Below, piece by piece: positions 11,118 through 24,964 of a DNA stretch of 64,000 nt. The notes under the pieces were generated by a model. The model ran no database searches. It was not told the origin of the DNA and saw only the letters and a program-made list of their open reading frames with translations. Made by a program: the position numbers and the translations under genes. Positions within the stretch are counted from its first letter, which is position 1. The number at the start of each line of letters is the position of its first letter. Location of the stretch: NCBI RefSeq assembly GCF_001194135.2, contig NC_068986.1, positions 9,858,775-9,922,774 on the forward strand. The letters are read 5' to 3'. The DNA is from Octopus bimaculoides. Lineage: Eukaryota.

Positions 11118-12402
11118 GTAGTAGTAGTAGTAGTAGTAGGGCAGCAAGCTGGTAGAATTGTTAGTACATTGGACGAAATGGTTAGCAGTATTCTGCCCAG
11201 CGCTCCATTCTGAGTTCAAATTCCGCTGAGGTCAACTTTGCCTTTCATCCTTTCGGGGTCAATGAAGTAAGTACCACTTAGTCAATTACATCGATTCCAG
11301 TACCTATCTCCCTTCCCCTAAATTTCAGGCCTTGTGCCTATTGTAGGTGGTGGTGGTGAGCTGGCAGAATCCTTACTGTACTGGACAAAAGGCTTAGCAT
11401 TTCTTCTGGCTTTATGTTTGGGGTTCAAATGCTGTCGATGTCAACTTAGCCTTCCATCCTTTCAGGGTCTATAAAATAAAGTATCCGTTAAGCACTAGGG
11501 TCGATATATCGGCTAATCCCCCCTAATTGCCTCTAATTGTCAGGCCTTGTGCCCACAGTAGAAAGGATTATCATTATTGTGCTGCACAGACAAATCAGAC
11601 TGTTCACCAATAACAGCCATGGAACCACCAGTGCCATCACATTTCATGACAGGATGTCTCGTTTGTGCTCCATAGAAATATTTTGAACAGCATAGAATAT
11701 ACCGTGCACATTACCAAAACTGCTTCTGGTGGGTTGCATCTGACCTGTTTTAAAATATCCGGTTTGATTTACCCAACAAATGTCAAAAGTGGTTACTTGC
11801 TCTGCTAGAAATAACATTCTAATCTCCCACCAATTCCACCTCATTCTAAACACCAATTGAATTAGTCACAGCTTCCATCATACATCTGCTAAATCAAGGC
11901 TGACCTGGGATATCACCACCACATCAATATCCAGTTCAATTTCTGTGTCATTGACCTCATTAGATTTCTTTTGTCATCATTAGAAATATGAGAATTGTAT
12001 TTTTGTCAGTTTTTCCCATCCCAACTTAAATTTAGGACATCACATTCGTATTACATTACAATTAGGGTTATTTGTTTATATAAAGCTTTTACTTTACGTC
12101 AACTGAAGGCCTGTTTCAGCTAATCAAAACTGCTCGACTGGTTATTACGAACATTTACTGTGTGATTCAATAATCTATTTGATTAAATGATTGTTATTGA
12201 TCAGAAGAAATTCAACACTGGTATTACATTGTGTTTCTCTAGAGAACAAAATTGTTTACATCACTTCAAGTGACCTACATATCGGGAATTAACTTAACAA
12301 ATAATCTTGGAACGTCTACACAGACTGGCTCCATATTCATATCACATCTGCTTCATCATGTAATAAAACCATAATTAAATAAATACTAATACCAACCCTT
12401 AA

Positions 12403-12403
<1 letters not shown>

Positions 12404-12478
<75 letters not shown>
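12404..12478. repeat. (GT)n microsatellite
   Basis: Uninterrupted GT run; many shorter (AC)n, (TA)n, (ATT)n and (GAT)n runs occur across the window. Confidence 0.98.
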
Positions 12479-12479
<1 letters not shown>

Positions 12480-13041
12480 CGATGAAATATTCTTAAACCC
12501 ATAATGTGATTTTCTTGACTGTAGTTAACAACTTAATTCCTCTGTTCTCATGAGGTGCTGTGAGCCTTCGATTATTTTAATTTAAATTGTGTAAATTTAC
12601 TTTATATAGTTCATATCATCAACACCATCATTCATTTTATGTCTGTTTTCCATGTTGGCATGGGTTGGATGGTTTGCCACAAGTAAATTATCATCCAAAG
12701 TTATTTCACTCCTAATTTGTCTGAGGATCATGTTTTCCTTGCACATTTAATTCTTGGCTTGGTTTCTATGGCTGAATGCCCTTCTTTCTATCATCAGCAA
12801 CCACTTTCCAGAGTGTGCAGGGTTCAATTTATCATGACACCAACATTAGTGAGGTTGCCTTGTATTTTGTAAAGCTAAACATTCCACATTACTCAATAAT
12901 GTTTGTTTGTTTGTTCAAAGAGAACATTTGATATAATTTCACAAGTTAATTAAAAACGTTAATTTAAATAATTACATATGTTAATATATTCTGTAATTTC
13001 TGTTAATTTGTTTTCTGAATTTGATTGATTTTGTTTGCCAG

Positions 13042-13169
13042 TGTTTGATAAGTTCCGAAACAATACTGAATGGTGGGGTTACGTGAATGTCCGTCCTCAA
13101 GCCTATATGTTCTACTGGATGTATGAACATGTTGAACCTGAGAACAGACCCCTTATTCTATGGTTGCAG
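13042..13169 (+). CDS. SCPEP1: SCPEP1-like exon 2 (FDKFRNNTEWWGYVNVRPQAYMFYWMYEHVEPENRPLILWLQ)
   Basis: TTTGCCAG| acceptor, CAG|GTGAGT donor; matches the S10 N-terminal W.YV.VR..AYMFW.LY...PL..WLQ motif. Confidence 0.95.
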
Positions 13170-14672
13170 GTGAGTTTCACAACTTTCTATGGCTTTTTTT
13201 TTATTGTTTAACATGTTTTCCTTGTTGATTTACTCTGTTCCTCTGTCACCACATCGGCAACCCCCACCACCACCTGTTGTCAAGTGACAAACATGCACAC
13301 ACACATCTGATAGGCTTCCACACAGTTTCTGGTTACCAAATTCACATTGGTCAGCCCAGGGCTATTGTGGAAGCCGACACTTGCCTCAGGTGCTGCACAG
13401 TGGAACTGAACCCAGAACCATGTGGTTGGAAAACAAGGTCCGTCGCCACATGGCCATTCATGCTCCTAACAAATTTTTTTTTGCTCTTTTACTCTTTTTA
13501 GTCATTTGACTGCAGCCATGCTGGAGCACTGCCTTTAGTTGAACAAATCAACCCCAGAACTTATTCTTTGTAAGCCTAGCACTTATTCTATTGTTCACTT
13601 TTGCTGAACTGCTAAGTTACGGGGATGTAAACACACCGACATCAGTTGTCAAGTGATGGTTGGGGGGGACAAATACAGACACACAAATACTATGTTGAAA
13701 AGTAGGCATGTGATCCACAGAGGACCAGCTTCATTTTGATGTATGATACATGTTCCTGTGTTGCTAATTATACCTGTCCTAAACAAAATGGCATTACTTT
13801 TTGACTCACCCTCTCGTTGTTTCTAATACCTATTTCTATTACAACCATGGAGTCAAAAAAGACAAAGAACAACTGGTCCAAGGGCTCCTTCAGCCTCCTC
13901 ATCATCATCATTAAGCGTCCATATTCCATACTGGCATGGATTGGACATTCCCAAAACATTCTACTGGAATGTTGACCATAAGTAGTAAATCCAAAGGAAC
14001 TGTCACATTCTGAGCAAGATCCCTTTGGTCTCTTCATCTCTGTGCTATGGCAGAAATCGGCTGGACAATGGAAAGAATGATGTCTGGGCCATCACACTGG
14101 ACACCATATGGCTCCTCACTGCATGGTAGTGTGCTTGGTGTGGCATATCTCAGCCTGGAGTATATCTGTAGATGTGCCATGTTGAAAGCTGAATGTGTGA
14201 TAAGAAGATTGCATTTGGTATGGAAATGTCTTCAGTGGTGAAATCAAAGAATGGATCAGTGAGCTGGCAGAATCATTCGAACATTGGATGAAATGCCAAA
14301 GGACATTTTTCTCTGACTTTTTTTCATATTCTGAGTTCCACTTCTGATGAGGTTTATCCTGCTTTTCACCCCTCCAGGGTCAATAAAAACAAAGTGCCAT
14401 TCAAAGTGCTGGGGTTGATGGAATTCACTAACCTCTTCATCTCAAAATTACTGGCCTTGGGCCCTAAATCAGAAACTACTACTGAGTGAGAGAGCAGCTC
14501 ATGCCATCAGAGTGACACTGGGGTACAAATATACAAAGCCCAATTTACCCTTCGTGATTACCCGTCTGATAAGGGTACACCAGGGACATGCATTATAACC
14601 ACGTGTGTGACATGCTGACCTCATATCAAGATAAACAATGCACAGCCTTATTCTTCTTATTCTTATTTCAAG

Positions 14673-14762
14673 GGAGGTCCTGGCGCTTCTTCAGTGGGAT
14701 TTGGTAATTTCATGGAAATTGGTCCTTTAGACATAAATCTCCAACATCGCAAATATACTTGG
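14673..14762 (+). CDS. SCPEP1: SCPEP1-like exon 3 (GGPGASSVGFGNFMEIGPLDINLQHRKYTW)
   Basis: TTTCAAG| acceptor, TGG|GTAAGT donor; GGPG and FxEIGP S10 signatures. Confidence 0.97.
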
Positions 14763-14839
14763 GTAAGTTTGTTTATTCTCTTTGAAGTAATTTAATTTTA
14801 CATATCCAAGCATTTCTTCTCTCATTTCAGTTCTCTTAA

Positions 14840-15059
14840 CCCTTTTGATACCAACCCAGCTGGAACTGGCTCTGGCTCTGAGTACAAATGTCTTGTTCCC
14901 ATAAGTTTTGAATTAAAATCTTCCACCAAACCTTAGTCACAATTTATGTTCCTAACACTAGCTTAATTATAAGTAAGTTATTTTACTAAATTCTTTGTTA
15001 TATTTAAAGTAACTGAAAGAAACACAGAGCATCTCAAAATAAATACAATAATGAAAGGG
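14840..15059. mobile_element. piggyBac-type MITE, family 1
   Basis: TTAA-CCCTTT ... AAAGGG-TTAA. Confidence 0.7.
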
Positions 15060-16585
15060 TTAAATACTTGATTAATTTGTACTGCATCTAATGATATAAA
15101 GTGTATCTGTACTGTATCTAGTAACAAATGAGGTGAGAATAAAACTGGAACATGTCAGAAGTAGAAGTAGCCTTCCTTGTTGGAAACAGAAATGATATTG
15201 GTGGCAATTGATGGATTTTTGAATTTTTCTCTCTGTATTTTTCATATTTATTTTTTATTACTTGTAAAGAATAAAACGTTTTGAATGGTACAGCAATGCA
15301 CTATAATACAAAAAATGGACTATATACCTGTTGTAATCTAGTTATCTATAGTCCGATGATATTTTGGAATACAATTCCTTCTTCAGATATTCTTAGATGG
15401 AGTCTCTGCTATAAACTGTTTTCCAATGGCTTTTCTTTTTTTTCAGAAAACAGGTATATAGTCCTTTTTTTTTTTTGTATTATAGTGCATTGTTGTACCA
15501 TTCAAAACTTTTTATTCTTTACAAACAATACACAATGCTTCAAGTGAACTACAATACTCTCCTTTTTATTACTTATTTTTAATATTTCATGTATTAAATA
15601 TCAATTGTGATTTTTGGCTTCTGACACCAATTCAGATTTTAAATAAACATTATATTTTAGTAAATCAGAATTATGTTTTCTAGGCTTAACCCTACCACCA
15701 AGCCCTTGCGTACCTTTGCATCACTTTAAAACAGGAGGTTTGTATCAACGGACCAGGGGCAGTTTCTGGTGGGTTGATATTTTAAGGGCTCAGTCTTTTG
15801 TTAGCATATTTCTGGGGCAGTTTTGGGTGGGTTGATACCCAAAGGGTTAATATTGAGTGGATTGGTTGCCAGGATGTTGCACTTACAATAAGTGGCTTCA
15901 AGTCCCTGACTGGGGGTTGCTTCTGCTCGCTCAGCAGTAAATGAGTAACCCAGCAACTGACTGGGGACCTGATTGGTGGGTGGTGGTGATGGTGGGGGAC
16001 TTTTGTAATCTTGGTCACTTACAGACCCATGGAAATTGGGCAGATGACCCTGTAATGCCTTGAACTTGAGATATTCTTTTCTACTCTAGGCACAAGGCAC
16101 GAAAATTTTTTGGGGAGTGGGGAGGGCAGTCAATTAGATCGACCCAGTACGCAACTGGTACTTAATTTATTGACCCTGAAAGGATGAAAGGCATAGTTGA
16201 CTTCAGCGGAATTTGAACTCAGAACATAAAGAGATGAAATACTGCTAAGCATTTCGCCTGGTATGCTAACGTTTCTGCCAGCTCACCACCTTGACTTGAG
16301 ATAATATTTATTTCTTTATTGCCCACAAGGGGCTAAACATAGAGGGGACAAACAAGGACAGACAAAGGGATTAAGTCGATTATATCAACTCCAGTGTGAA
16401 ACTGGTACTTATTTAATTGACCCCGAAAGGATGAAAGGCAAAGTCAATCTTGGCGGAATTTGAACTCAGAACGTAGTGGCAGACGAAATACCGCTAAGCA
16501 TTTCATAATGAAAAAGTTATTTCAGTAAAGTCTTTTCTCTCAGCCAAAAACCATACCATCATATCTGTCAATGGTGTATATACTT

Positions 16586-16802
16586 AAGGCAGCGAGCTGG
16601 CAGAATCGTTAGCATGCCGGGCAAAATACTTAGTGGTATTTCGTCTGTCTTTATATTCTGAGTTCAAATTCTGCCCAGGTCAACTTTGCCTTTCATCCTT
16701 TCGGGGGTCGATAAATTAAATACCAGTTGTGTACTGGGCTTGATCTAATCGACTGGACCCCTCCCCCAAAATTTAGGGCCTTGTGCCTAGAGTAGAAAAG
16801 AA
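16586..16802 (+). mobile_element. tRNA-derived SINE family A (representative copy)
   Basis: A-box TGGCAGAATCG, B-box GAGTTCAAAT, central CCTTTCATCCTTTCGGGG-TCGATAAA resembling the Deu/Nin domain. Other copies approx. 11139, 11355, 14255, 21480, 21670, 25740, 33275, 35218, 60900 (+) and 7555, 16073, 16309, 37290, 47500, 51350 (-). Confidence 0.85.
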
Positions 16803-16845
16803 TGTTGTATATACATTTGGTATGATAAACAGATGGCTATTTTAA

Positions 16846-17065
16846 CCCTTTAATGTTTAAAGCAGCCATTTCTAGCCCAAGTATTCTACATGTTTCATGT
16901 TGGAACCATCCAGATCCGACCTCTCACACCTACCCTACAATGTTATTCTAAAAATTAACAATTACATCATTGAAATCTCAGAACTATGAGATAACACATA
17001 ATTAACTCAAGACAACATGAATAAATAAGGATTACATTTGGCCAAGTAGTCTGAATGCTAAAGGG
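16846..17065 (+). mobile_element. piggyBac-type MITE, family 2
   Basis: TTAA-CCCTTT ... AATGCTAAAGGG-TTAA; interior CCTCTCACACCTACCCTACAATG shared with other copies. Confidence 0.75.
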
Positions 17066-17155
17066 TTAAAGGGTCAAAGTTATTTTAATTGTATCCACTG
17101 AGTTTTTAACAAGAATTATATGTATTTTTGTTGTTTGTTTGTTTGTTTTTGTCAG

Positions 17156-17308
17156 CTGACAGAGGCCAGTCTTTTGTTTATTGATAATCCAGTTGGTTCC
17201 GGCTTCAGTTACGTCACTTCAGACTCCGCTCTGGCCAAAGATGTCCAAACCATTGCCCATGATTTGATCACAACATTAAAAACTGTTTTGAAAAAGGCTT
17301 TGTTTCAG
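17156..17308 (+). CDS. SCPEP1: SCPEP1-like exon 4 (LTEASLLFIDNPVGSGFSYV...KKALFQ)
   Basis: TTTGTCAG| acceptor, CAG|GTATGT donor; LLFIDNPVGxGFSY motif. Confidence 0.97.
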
Positions 17309-19650
17309 GTATGTTTTTTTTTTTAAATCTTTTATCTTTTACTTGTTTCAGTCATTTGACTGTGGCCATCCTGGGACACCACCTTAAAATAGTTTAGCTT
17401 AATAAATTGACCTGAGTACTTTTTTAAGCCTGGTATTTGTTCTATCGGTCTCTTTTGCTGAACTGCTAAGTTATGGGGATGTAAACACACCAACACTGGT
17501 TGTCAAGCAGTGAGGGTGGGGAACAGACAGACAGACACACACACACACATACACATGACAGGCTTCTTTTAGTTTCTGTTTACTAAATCCACTCACAAAG
17601 CTTTGGTTAGCCCAGGGCTATAGAAGAAGACATTTGCCCAAGATGCCACGCAGTGGGACTGAACCCAGAACCATGTGGTTGGGAAGCAAATTCATATTCT
17701 AGTTTCTCTTTCTACTGTGTGGGACCATAGAAGTGTGTGTGTGTGTGCATTAGTGAGGAAACCTGAAACCCAAATAATGTTTTTTCCGTATCAAAGGTGC
17801 TGGCATGGCCGTGTAATAAAGAATTTCTTTTTACAACTATTTAGTTTTAGGTTCAGTCCCACTGCATGGCACCTTGGGCAAGTGTCTTCTACTATAGCCC
17901 TTGGCCAACCAATTCCATGTGGGTGGATTTGCTAGATGTAAACTATAACAAAAAATGTGTGTGTGTGTGTGTGTGTGTCTCCCTGTCTCGACAGTTCTAT
18001 ACTGATTGTAAACACTCACAGCTCATTCAAAAACAGTGAAATTTGTTTATAATCTTCTGTGAAAAATTGTCCAGCCATTGAGTTGTTTGTATTTGAAGAA
18101 CAATGGGAAGATCTTACCTTAGTAGGAAATAGATGATGGGTTGGTGACAAGAAGAGTGTCCAGCCATAGAAGAATCTACCTCGAAAGGTTTTGTCTGATC
18201 AATACAAGCAAGGAAAAAGTGGACTTTAAAAAATGATGAGGATGTGGATTCTACAGCATTTTGCAAGCAAAACTATGAAATTCATAAAATCTGAAAGTCA
18301 GGCTAATCGTTATTTAACATCTGTGTTCCTTGCTGGCATCGGTTGGACTGTGCCAAGCAAAACTGTAACTGAGGTAACCTCATGCAGGCCCCATTATCTT
18401 TCTATGAATGTTCTTAAAAGAAAACTTAAAAAAACCCTGTTCTTGATATCATTAAGCTGCATACATTCCCATTTGGAAAAATCAGGACATGGATTCAGTC
18501 CACTACATCACCACACTAATCATAAACTTCACAGAAAAGAACACACGACAGCTTAAAAATTCCACAAAATAAAAGAAACTCACACACACCATTCTAAATC
18601 CCCTCTAGATTAGCAAAGCTTTTAACTTAATTCCCTTCTCTCTATTTTTAAATGCTCCCCGACTCCTTTTTTGAGAAACAACATTAAGTAAACAGTTTGT
18701 TCAATCACCATGGTGATATTGTGTGCAAAAAGAACACATTCCAAATTTTGCAATTTCTTGAACGAAGTATCAGAAGGAACTGTACTCTCTCACACTTTCT
18801 TTGATTGAAACCTTCACAAACTTCCCACACCTGTACTATTTGGTGCCATAAACAACTTCAAACTTCACAACCCTTGCCAAACTCTAGAGACCCATCCACA
18901 GTACCCAAAATCTGAACTACAACTGTACCCTAAAACTCAGCCTTGGCATGAACTGTCTCCCTAATTCCATGCATTGTGCTGTGGTGCACTCAGCCAACAA
19001 TAAGTGCAGCAACTGTTGCAATCTGACCAGGTCCACTTTCACTGCTTTCTCTGTCCTCACCACCAGAGTCTCCATTTCGTTCTGAAATAAACTGGACAAT
19101 AGAGAGAGTGCAACATGTCTGGATGGTCACTGGTCACTCCGTCCTTTTATGCAAATCATGAAAGGTGTTTCAGGGTGTGTAATATGCTCTTTAGTTGGGT
19201 GGAAACATGGACTAGCTTCAACTCTACTTCTGCAGGTTGTACCGGTTCTTTTGGTTTAATACCTGCAGACCATGGGGCAAATTCCATTAAGAGTTAATTT
19301 GGGACAAACAACAATTGCCATCATCATTATACAACATACAGTGCTTTTTTTTTTAGATGTTAATGTATGATGACTTAAAGCAGTTTTGGCTGCTATATTT
19401 AGCAGGCTGAGTGACAGCTTAAAGATTTCTTGTTTTGCTCATTGTAGTAGTAGTAGTAGTAGTATTAGTAGTAAAAGTGGTAGTAATAGTTATCTTCTGT
19501 TGAATTATTTTTCATTCTGAGTGAAACATTAGCCCTACATTCTTATTTCTCACGAGAAAGGCATGAACACCATAACATCTCATTTTTATTGCCTCTTATA
19601 ATTATTTCCTTTTTTTTTCCTTTCTTTTTATTATTTTCTGTTCCTTCTAG

Positions 19651-19725
19651 AAAGTTCCATTGTATATCTTTTCTGAGTCTTACGGTGGCAAAATGGCTTC
19701 AGTGTTCAGCTTGCGTCTCTGGCAA
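19651..19725 (+). CDS. SCPEP1: SCPEP1-like exon 5 with catalytic Ser (KVPLYIFSESYGGKMASVFSLRLWQ)
   Basis: CTTCTAG| acceptor, CAA|GTAAGT donor; ESYGG nucleophile motif. Confidence 0.97.
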
Positions 19726-19926
19726 GTAAGTTCTTACCATTTTGTTTCCCCATTTTGATTATATTTTATTGGAAATACAATTTTTAAACATTATTTTACA
19801 GAAATTTACAGGGGAATCGTGCAAAGTGGTCCCTGCAGGTAAAATGGTGAATATGTTGTCTTGAAGAATGGCTCTAGAGTGCTACCAGAAAAGCCATTCC
19901 ACCTCACTTTCTTTCTTCTCTTACTT

Positions 19927-19971
<45 letters not shown>

Positions 19972-20335
19972 TTATGTTTTTTTTAAAATCTTTTTTGATA
20001 CCCCCTGTTTTATCTGTTTTCCTTCATTTTTCTCTTTTCTTTCTTTTATTCTCCCCATTACTTTCTTCTACCAGTTTCTTTCTTATTTGTTTTCCTTCTC
20101 CCCCCCCCTTTAGTTAAAAACTCATTATCTCTAAAAACCTCTACTTACAGATGGTGATTGTTGTATTTAACAAATAACACCATGTTTTATCAAGCTGTAC
20201 CTACTTGAGCTCTTTCTACTTGACCTCTTTCTAACCCACCTATCTTTACTCAACCCCTTTCTAACATAAACCTGTTTTACATGGGATTGTCTTTGCTCAA
20301 CCCCTTTCTAATGTAACCCTTTTTTTTAATGTCAG

Positions 20336-20446
20336 GCTATCCAAAATGGGCAATTGAAATGTAACTTTCGTGGACTGGCCATGGGAGACTCCTGGATAGA
20401 TCCATCAAAGATTGTGTCAAGTTGGGCGCCGTTCCTTTACACTATG
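20336..20446 (+). CDS. SCPEP1: SCPEP1-like exon 6 (AIQNGQLKCNFRGLAMGDSWIDPSKIVSSWAPFLYTM)
   Basis: GTCAG| acceptor, ATG|GTAAGT donor; KCNF.G.A.GDSWI motif typical of SCPEP1. Confidence 0.97.
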
Positions 20447-20644
20447 GTAAGTATTTTTATGGTGATCTATTCTATCCTCATCAATGAACAGCACAGCAAG
20501 TTAAAAACATCAAATAAAATATAAATGAAAATGTTACAATTATTAGTATTATTATCATTATTATATCACAGGTTTTGTTGGGGCTCCTGGCATCTTGCAT
20601 GCATAGCGGGCTTACTACCTGCTGCCTATGGTACCATGCTATCC

Positions 20645-20895
20645 GTTCTTTTCAGCTATGTATTACTTTCTGGATTATTCTGGCCATGCCAAGGAGGCAA
20701 ACCTTTTGTAACAGTTCTACTGGGCACTCTATTCCAATTTCCTATTTATTCCTTTTGATGCCTTCTGATACTGTCCCCAAGGACCCAACAATAATTGGCA
20801 CTATCTTCACCGTCTTCATTCTCCATAGCTGTGCTGTTTCATACTTAAGCGGGTTGTATCAATCTATCTTTTCATCTTCCTTCTTGACTATTATT
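20645..20895 (-). mobile_element. Second R4/Dong-like RLE C-terminal fragment
   Basis: EKID.Y..LKYE.AQLW.MK.VKIVPIIVGSLG...LLQKVCLLGMARIIQKV on minus; TAA/ATT runs nearby. Confidence 0.7.
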
Positions 20896-22104
20896 ATTAT
20901 TTACTTTTAGTCTGCATGTCTTGTTACAATCACTTGCCAAGACACACCCAGCATCCTAGAGCAAGTGAAGGATAAGAGATGGTATAGTATGACTGAAAAC
21001 TTGGAGTGGAGAAGTGGTGGGGGCAACAGCGAAATATCTCCTTGTAAAATGACACAGACATTTGAATTGTTAGGGGTTTTTCTAAGGAATGTGGGCAGTA
21101 TTTGTCAGCACAATCCTTTGGATTTCTCTGAGAGATGGTTCTCTTGGGATATTATCTAGATGCTTCTGACATTCCTATCTTATCATACCTAAGGCACCCA
21201 CAATAACAGTTCTCGCTTTAAGATGCCACATCTTTTGTATTTCAATTTTCATTATTATTATTATCATTATTATTGAGTGAGAGAGCAGTGCATGCCATCA
21301 AAATGACATACAAAGCCCAATAAACCCATCATGACTACCTGTCTGATAAGGGTACACCAGGCAAATGCATCACAACCATATGTGCGTGACATGGTGATAT
21401 CATATCAAGATAAACAGCACATGACTTTGCAGGTGGGTCCAGATAGAATCTTCTTCTTCTCCTCCTCTTCTTCTTGTGGTGGTGGTGAGTTGGTAGAACC
21501 ATTAGCTTTTGGAGCAAAATGCTTAGTGGCATTTTCTCTGTTTTTACTTTCTGAGGTCAACTTCATTCTTTCAGCGTTGATAAAATAAGTACCAGCTGGA
21601 GACTGGGGTCGATGTAATCAACTTAGCCCCTCCCCACAAATTTTGTGCCTACAGCAGAAAGGATTATATTTAAGGCAGCAAGCTGGCAGAGTCATTAGCA
21701 TGCTGGCAAAATGCTTAGCGACTTTTCTTTCGCCTTTATGTTCTGGGTTCAAATTCTGCCGAGGTTGACTTCGCCTTTCATCCTTTCAGAGTTGATAAAA
21801 TTAAGTACCAGTTGAGTACTGGGGTCGATGTAATTGACTTACTCCCACCTCTGAAATTGCTGGCCTTGTGTCAAAATTCGAAACCAGTGTTGTTATTATT
21901 ATAGATATAAATTCATCACCATTTAAAGTCTGTCTCCCATGTTAAAAGGAACATTGGAAATTATAAATATCTTCTTAACAATCTTTCTGTTCTCGATGTT
22001 TTCTGACGGAAATGAATGTGAATAGTCTGATCACTATTGTTTTTGCCATCAGAGAATGTCCTCTCATCACTTTAGACAATGGGCAATTCAGTGGTGTAGA
22101 GGAT

Positions 22105-22146
22105 TCCATGACACTAATGTTTCAAGTGTATTGTGTGTCTCCTCAG
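22105..22146 (-). ncRNA. Degenerate hammerhead core
   Basis: Minus strand CTGAGGA-16 nt-GAAA-CATTAGTG-TC; near-palindromic stem III, stems I and II not paired. Confidence 0.3.
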
Positions 22147-22990
22147 TAAAAGCTACCCTCAACTGATGAATCTAACAAAGGTGCAGGCTCTTTGCTTCCC
22201 AACCACATGGTTCCAGGTTCAGTTCCACTGTGTGACACCTTGGCCAAATGTCTTTTACTATAGTCTTAGGCTCTAAAGCCTTGTGAGTAGATTTAGTAAA
22301 TGGAAACTAAAAGAAGCCCATTGTGTGTGTGTGTCTTTGTGTTTGTCCCCCCCCACCACCACTTGACAACCAGTGTTGGTATGTTTACTTCTCCGTAACT
22401 TAGCAGTTTGGCAAAAAACAAAACTGATAGAATGAGTAGCAGGTACTGGAGTTGATTCATTTGACTAAAAATTCTTCAAGGTGGTGCCCCAGCAATGCCA
22501 CAGTCTAGTGATTGAAACAAATGAAAGATAAAAAAACAATAATTCATGTGGTGCCTCTGTGAATAAATATTTTTTGTTTTGTCCAATAATTATCTTTCGT
22601 TAATTCCCAACCTTATCGTTTTGCTGCCAGCCTTTAGTAAACCAAGACAATGATGTCACAAACATCAGGAGGTGAGTTCAGTGGTCTTTATTGGATTGAG
22701 TACTTGCAAAGGATCTGCCAAGCTTTTCCAGAAAATTTGCTGCAGACATTTTTGCCAGGAGTAAATTTGCCATAAGAAATTGTAAGAAATTTCACTGCAT
22801 ACGAAAATTCAGCATAAGAAAAATTCCCCATATGGCCAGTGGCAAAGCATATGATATCAGCATTTAAAAAAAAAAATACAAACAACGATTTAAAGGGTTT
22901 ATAAAAGGGTTAAATAGGAAAGTCTTTATTCAACATCAAACCTTAAAAAAAAAAACGTGATCAGGTCATTTAAAATATGACAATTCCTAG

Positions 22991-23398
22991 TAGGGATGTG
23001 CTGCCTAAGTAGGCAAGGTCGGTAGTGCCTACCCTGAATAAAATAGATTAATAGCAACATTTATCTTTTATGGCAAAATATGCTCCTAATTCAATTAAAT
23101 TATGAAGCTTACTCTGATTACTATGTATAAAATGCATAATATCTTATTTTTTTTGTAGATTAGGTAGGCATAATTCGCCCCTGCTTCTCAATCTCACTAT
23201 TAAAGCTACATATAATATTGCCGTAGTACACGTGCTGTGTACATTCCTACAACAACGTTTTCTTTACGCATTATAAAGGCAGAGGTAAATCTGCCTCCAA
23301 CTCAGTCGTGCGCCTGTGTTTCGCTTATTTTTTGTGTGTTTTACTAAATAAATGTCACCAACTGCCTACCCTGAGTAATTACTGATGGCACATGCCTG
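22991..23398. mobile_element. hAT-type MITE
   Basis: 11-bp TIR TAGGGATGTGC / CAGGCATGTGC (9 of 11), perfect 8-bp TSD ATTCCTAG, subterminal TGCCTACCCTG repeats. Confidence 0.75.
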
Positions 23399-23630
23399 AT
23401 TCCTAGTCAGGCTGCTCCAATAATATACTTTTTGCTGTGGATCATTTCAAAGCATTTCTCTCTGAAGTGCTGCATTAATGTCGCTAAACTTCTTCTTCAT
23501 CTTTGCTGCATCTCTTCAAACTTAATCACACTTTTTTCTTTTTTGCTAAACATTTTCAGAAAACAGCAAATCTTTTTTTTTCTTTTTTTAAAAATTTATT
23601 GGTAAATTTTCTTACAACAAAAATATTTCT

Positions 23631-24903
23631 TACTAGCAGAAATACCAGGCTTTGCCCGGGTTAAAGAGAATAATGAAATCTAAAAACGCCGTCTAGACTA
23701 TGCAACCCTCAACTGTTAGTAGCTACGATACCATATTTCTACATTAATAACTCTCCAATCCATGCCAGCATGGAACATAGACATTAAGTGGAATGCCAGT
23801 CTCTCATCTAGGAGGGCCTTGAAATCAATGTTACCAACTGGGGACTATGTGTGTCGTAGTGATAATAAAAAGACCCAAAGGAGGTCTGCAACGAAATAAT
23901 TTTACTCAACACTTTGCAAGTGAATCAGTGGAGGCAAAGATGCGTCTCATTTACTTGACAATTTATGCACCACATTGCAGAAATCACAATGTAAGTATAT
24001 CTGAAAGGGTAGTCTTACACTGTTGTACCATTGAATTACAAATAATGCTCATCTGTTATGTTNNNNNNNNNNNNNNNNNNNNNNNNNNNNNNNNNNNNNN
24101 NNNNNNNNNNNNNNNNNNNNNNNNNNNNNNNNNNNNNNNNNNNNNNNNNNNNNNNNNNNNNNNNNNNNNNNNNNNNNNNNNNNNNNNNNNNNNNNNNNNN
24201 NNNNNNNNNNNNNNNNNNNNNNNNNNNNNNNNNNNNNNNNNNNNNNNNNNNNNNNNNNNNNNNNNNNNNNNNNNNNNNNNNNNNNNNNNNNNNNNNNNNN
24301 NNNNNNNNNNNNNNNNNNNNNNNNNNNNNNNNNNNNNNNNNNNNNNNNNNNNNNNNNNNNNNNNNNNNNNNNNNNNNNNNNNNNNNNNNNNNNNNNNNNN
24401 NNNNNNNNNNNNNNNNNNNNNNNNNNNNNNNNNNNNNNNNNNNNNNNNNNNNNNNNNNNNNNNNNNNNNNNNNNNNNNNNNNNNNNNNNNNNNNNNNNNN
24501 NNNNNNNNNNNNNNNNNNNNNNNNNNNNNNNNNNNNNNNNNNNNNNNNNNNNNNNNNNNNNNNNNNNNNNNNNNNNNNNNNNNNNNNNNNNNNNNNNNNN
24601 NNNNNNNNNNNNNNNNNNNNNNNNNNNNNNNNNNNNNNNNNNNNNNTAAAGTGAAAGTATTTGACATGAGTGTTTTTGTTTCACTTTTGACACGTAATAC
24701 TTAAATAGTGGAGGAGATATTATGTTGCCGTGGGCTCGAACTCTGCAAGAAGTTAAAATTCTTTTTGACTAAAACACAACTGGAACCCTAAGTAAGGCAT
24801 CTGTAAAATTTGAATGAAATTGGTTGCGTAGTTCTCGAGTTTTAGGGATTCAGACAGACAGACAGACAGACAGACACACATTCTCATTTTTATATATATA
24901 GAT
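23631..24903 (+). mobile_element. Non-autonomous Helitron/Helentron-type element spanning a gap
   Basis: 5' TACTAGCAG...CCAGGCTTTGCCCGGG; 3' AAATTTGAATGAAATTGG...(CAGA)n...ATTTTTATATATATAGAT. Continuity across the gap is assumed. Confidence 0.6.
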
Positions 24904-24964
24904 AACCATGTGCCAAGCATCAGGAAGAACAACAGATTCCAAAGTTTCCATTCATTGAATTATT

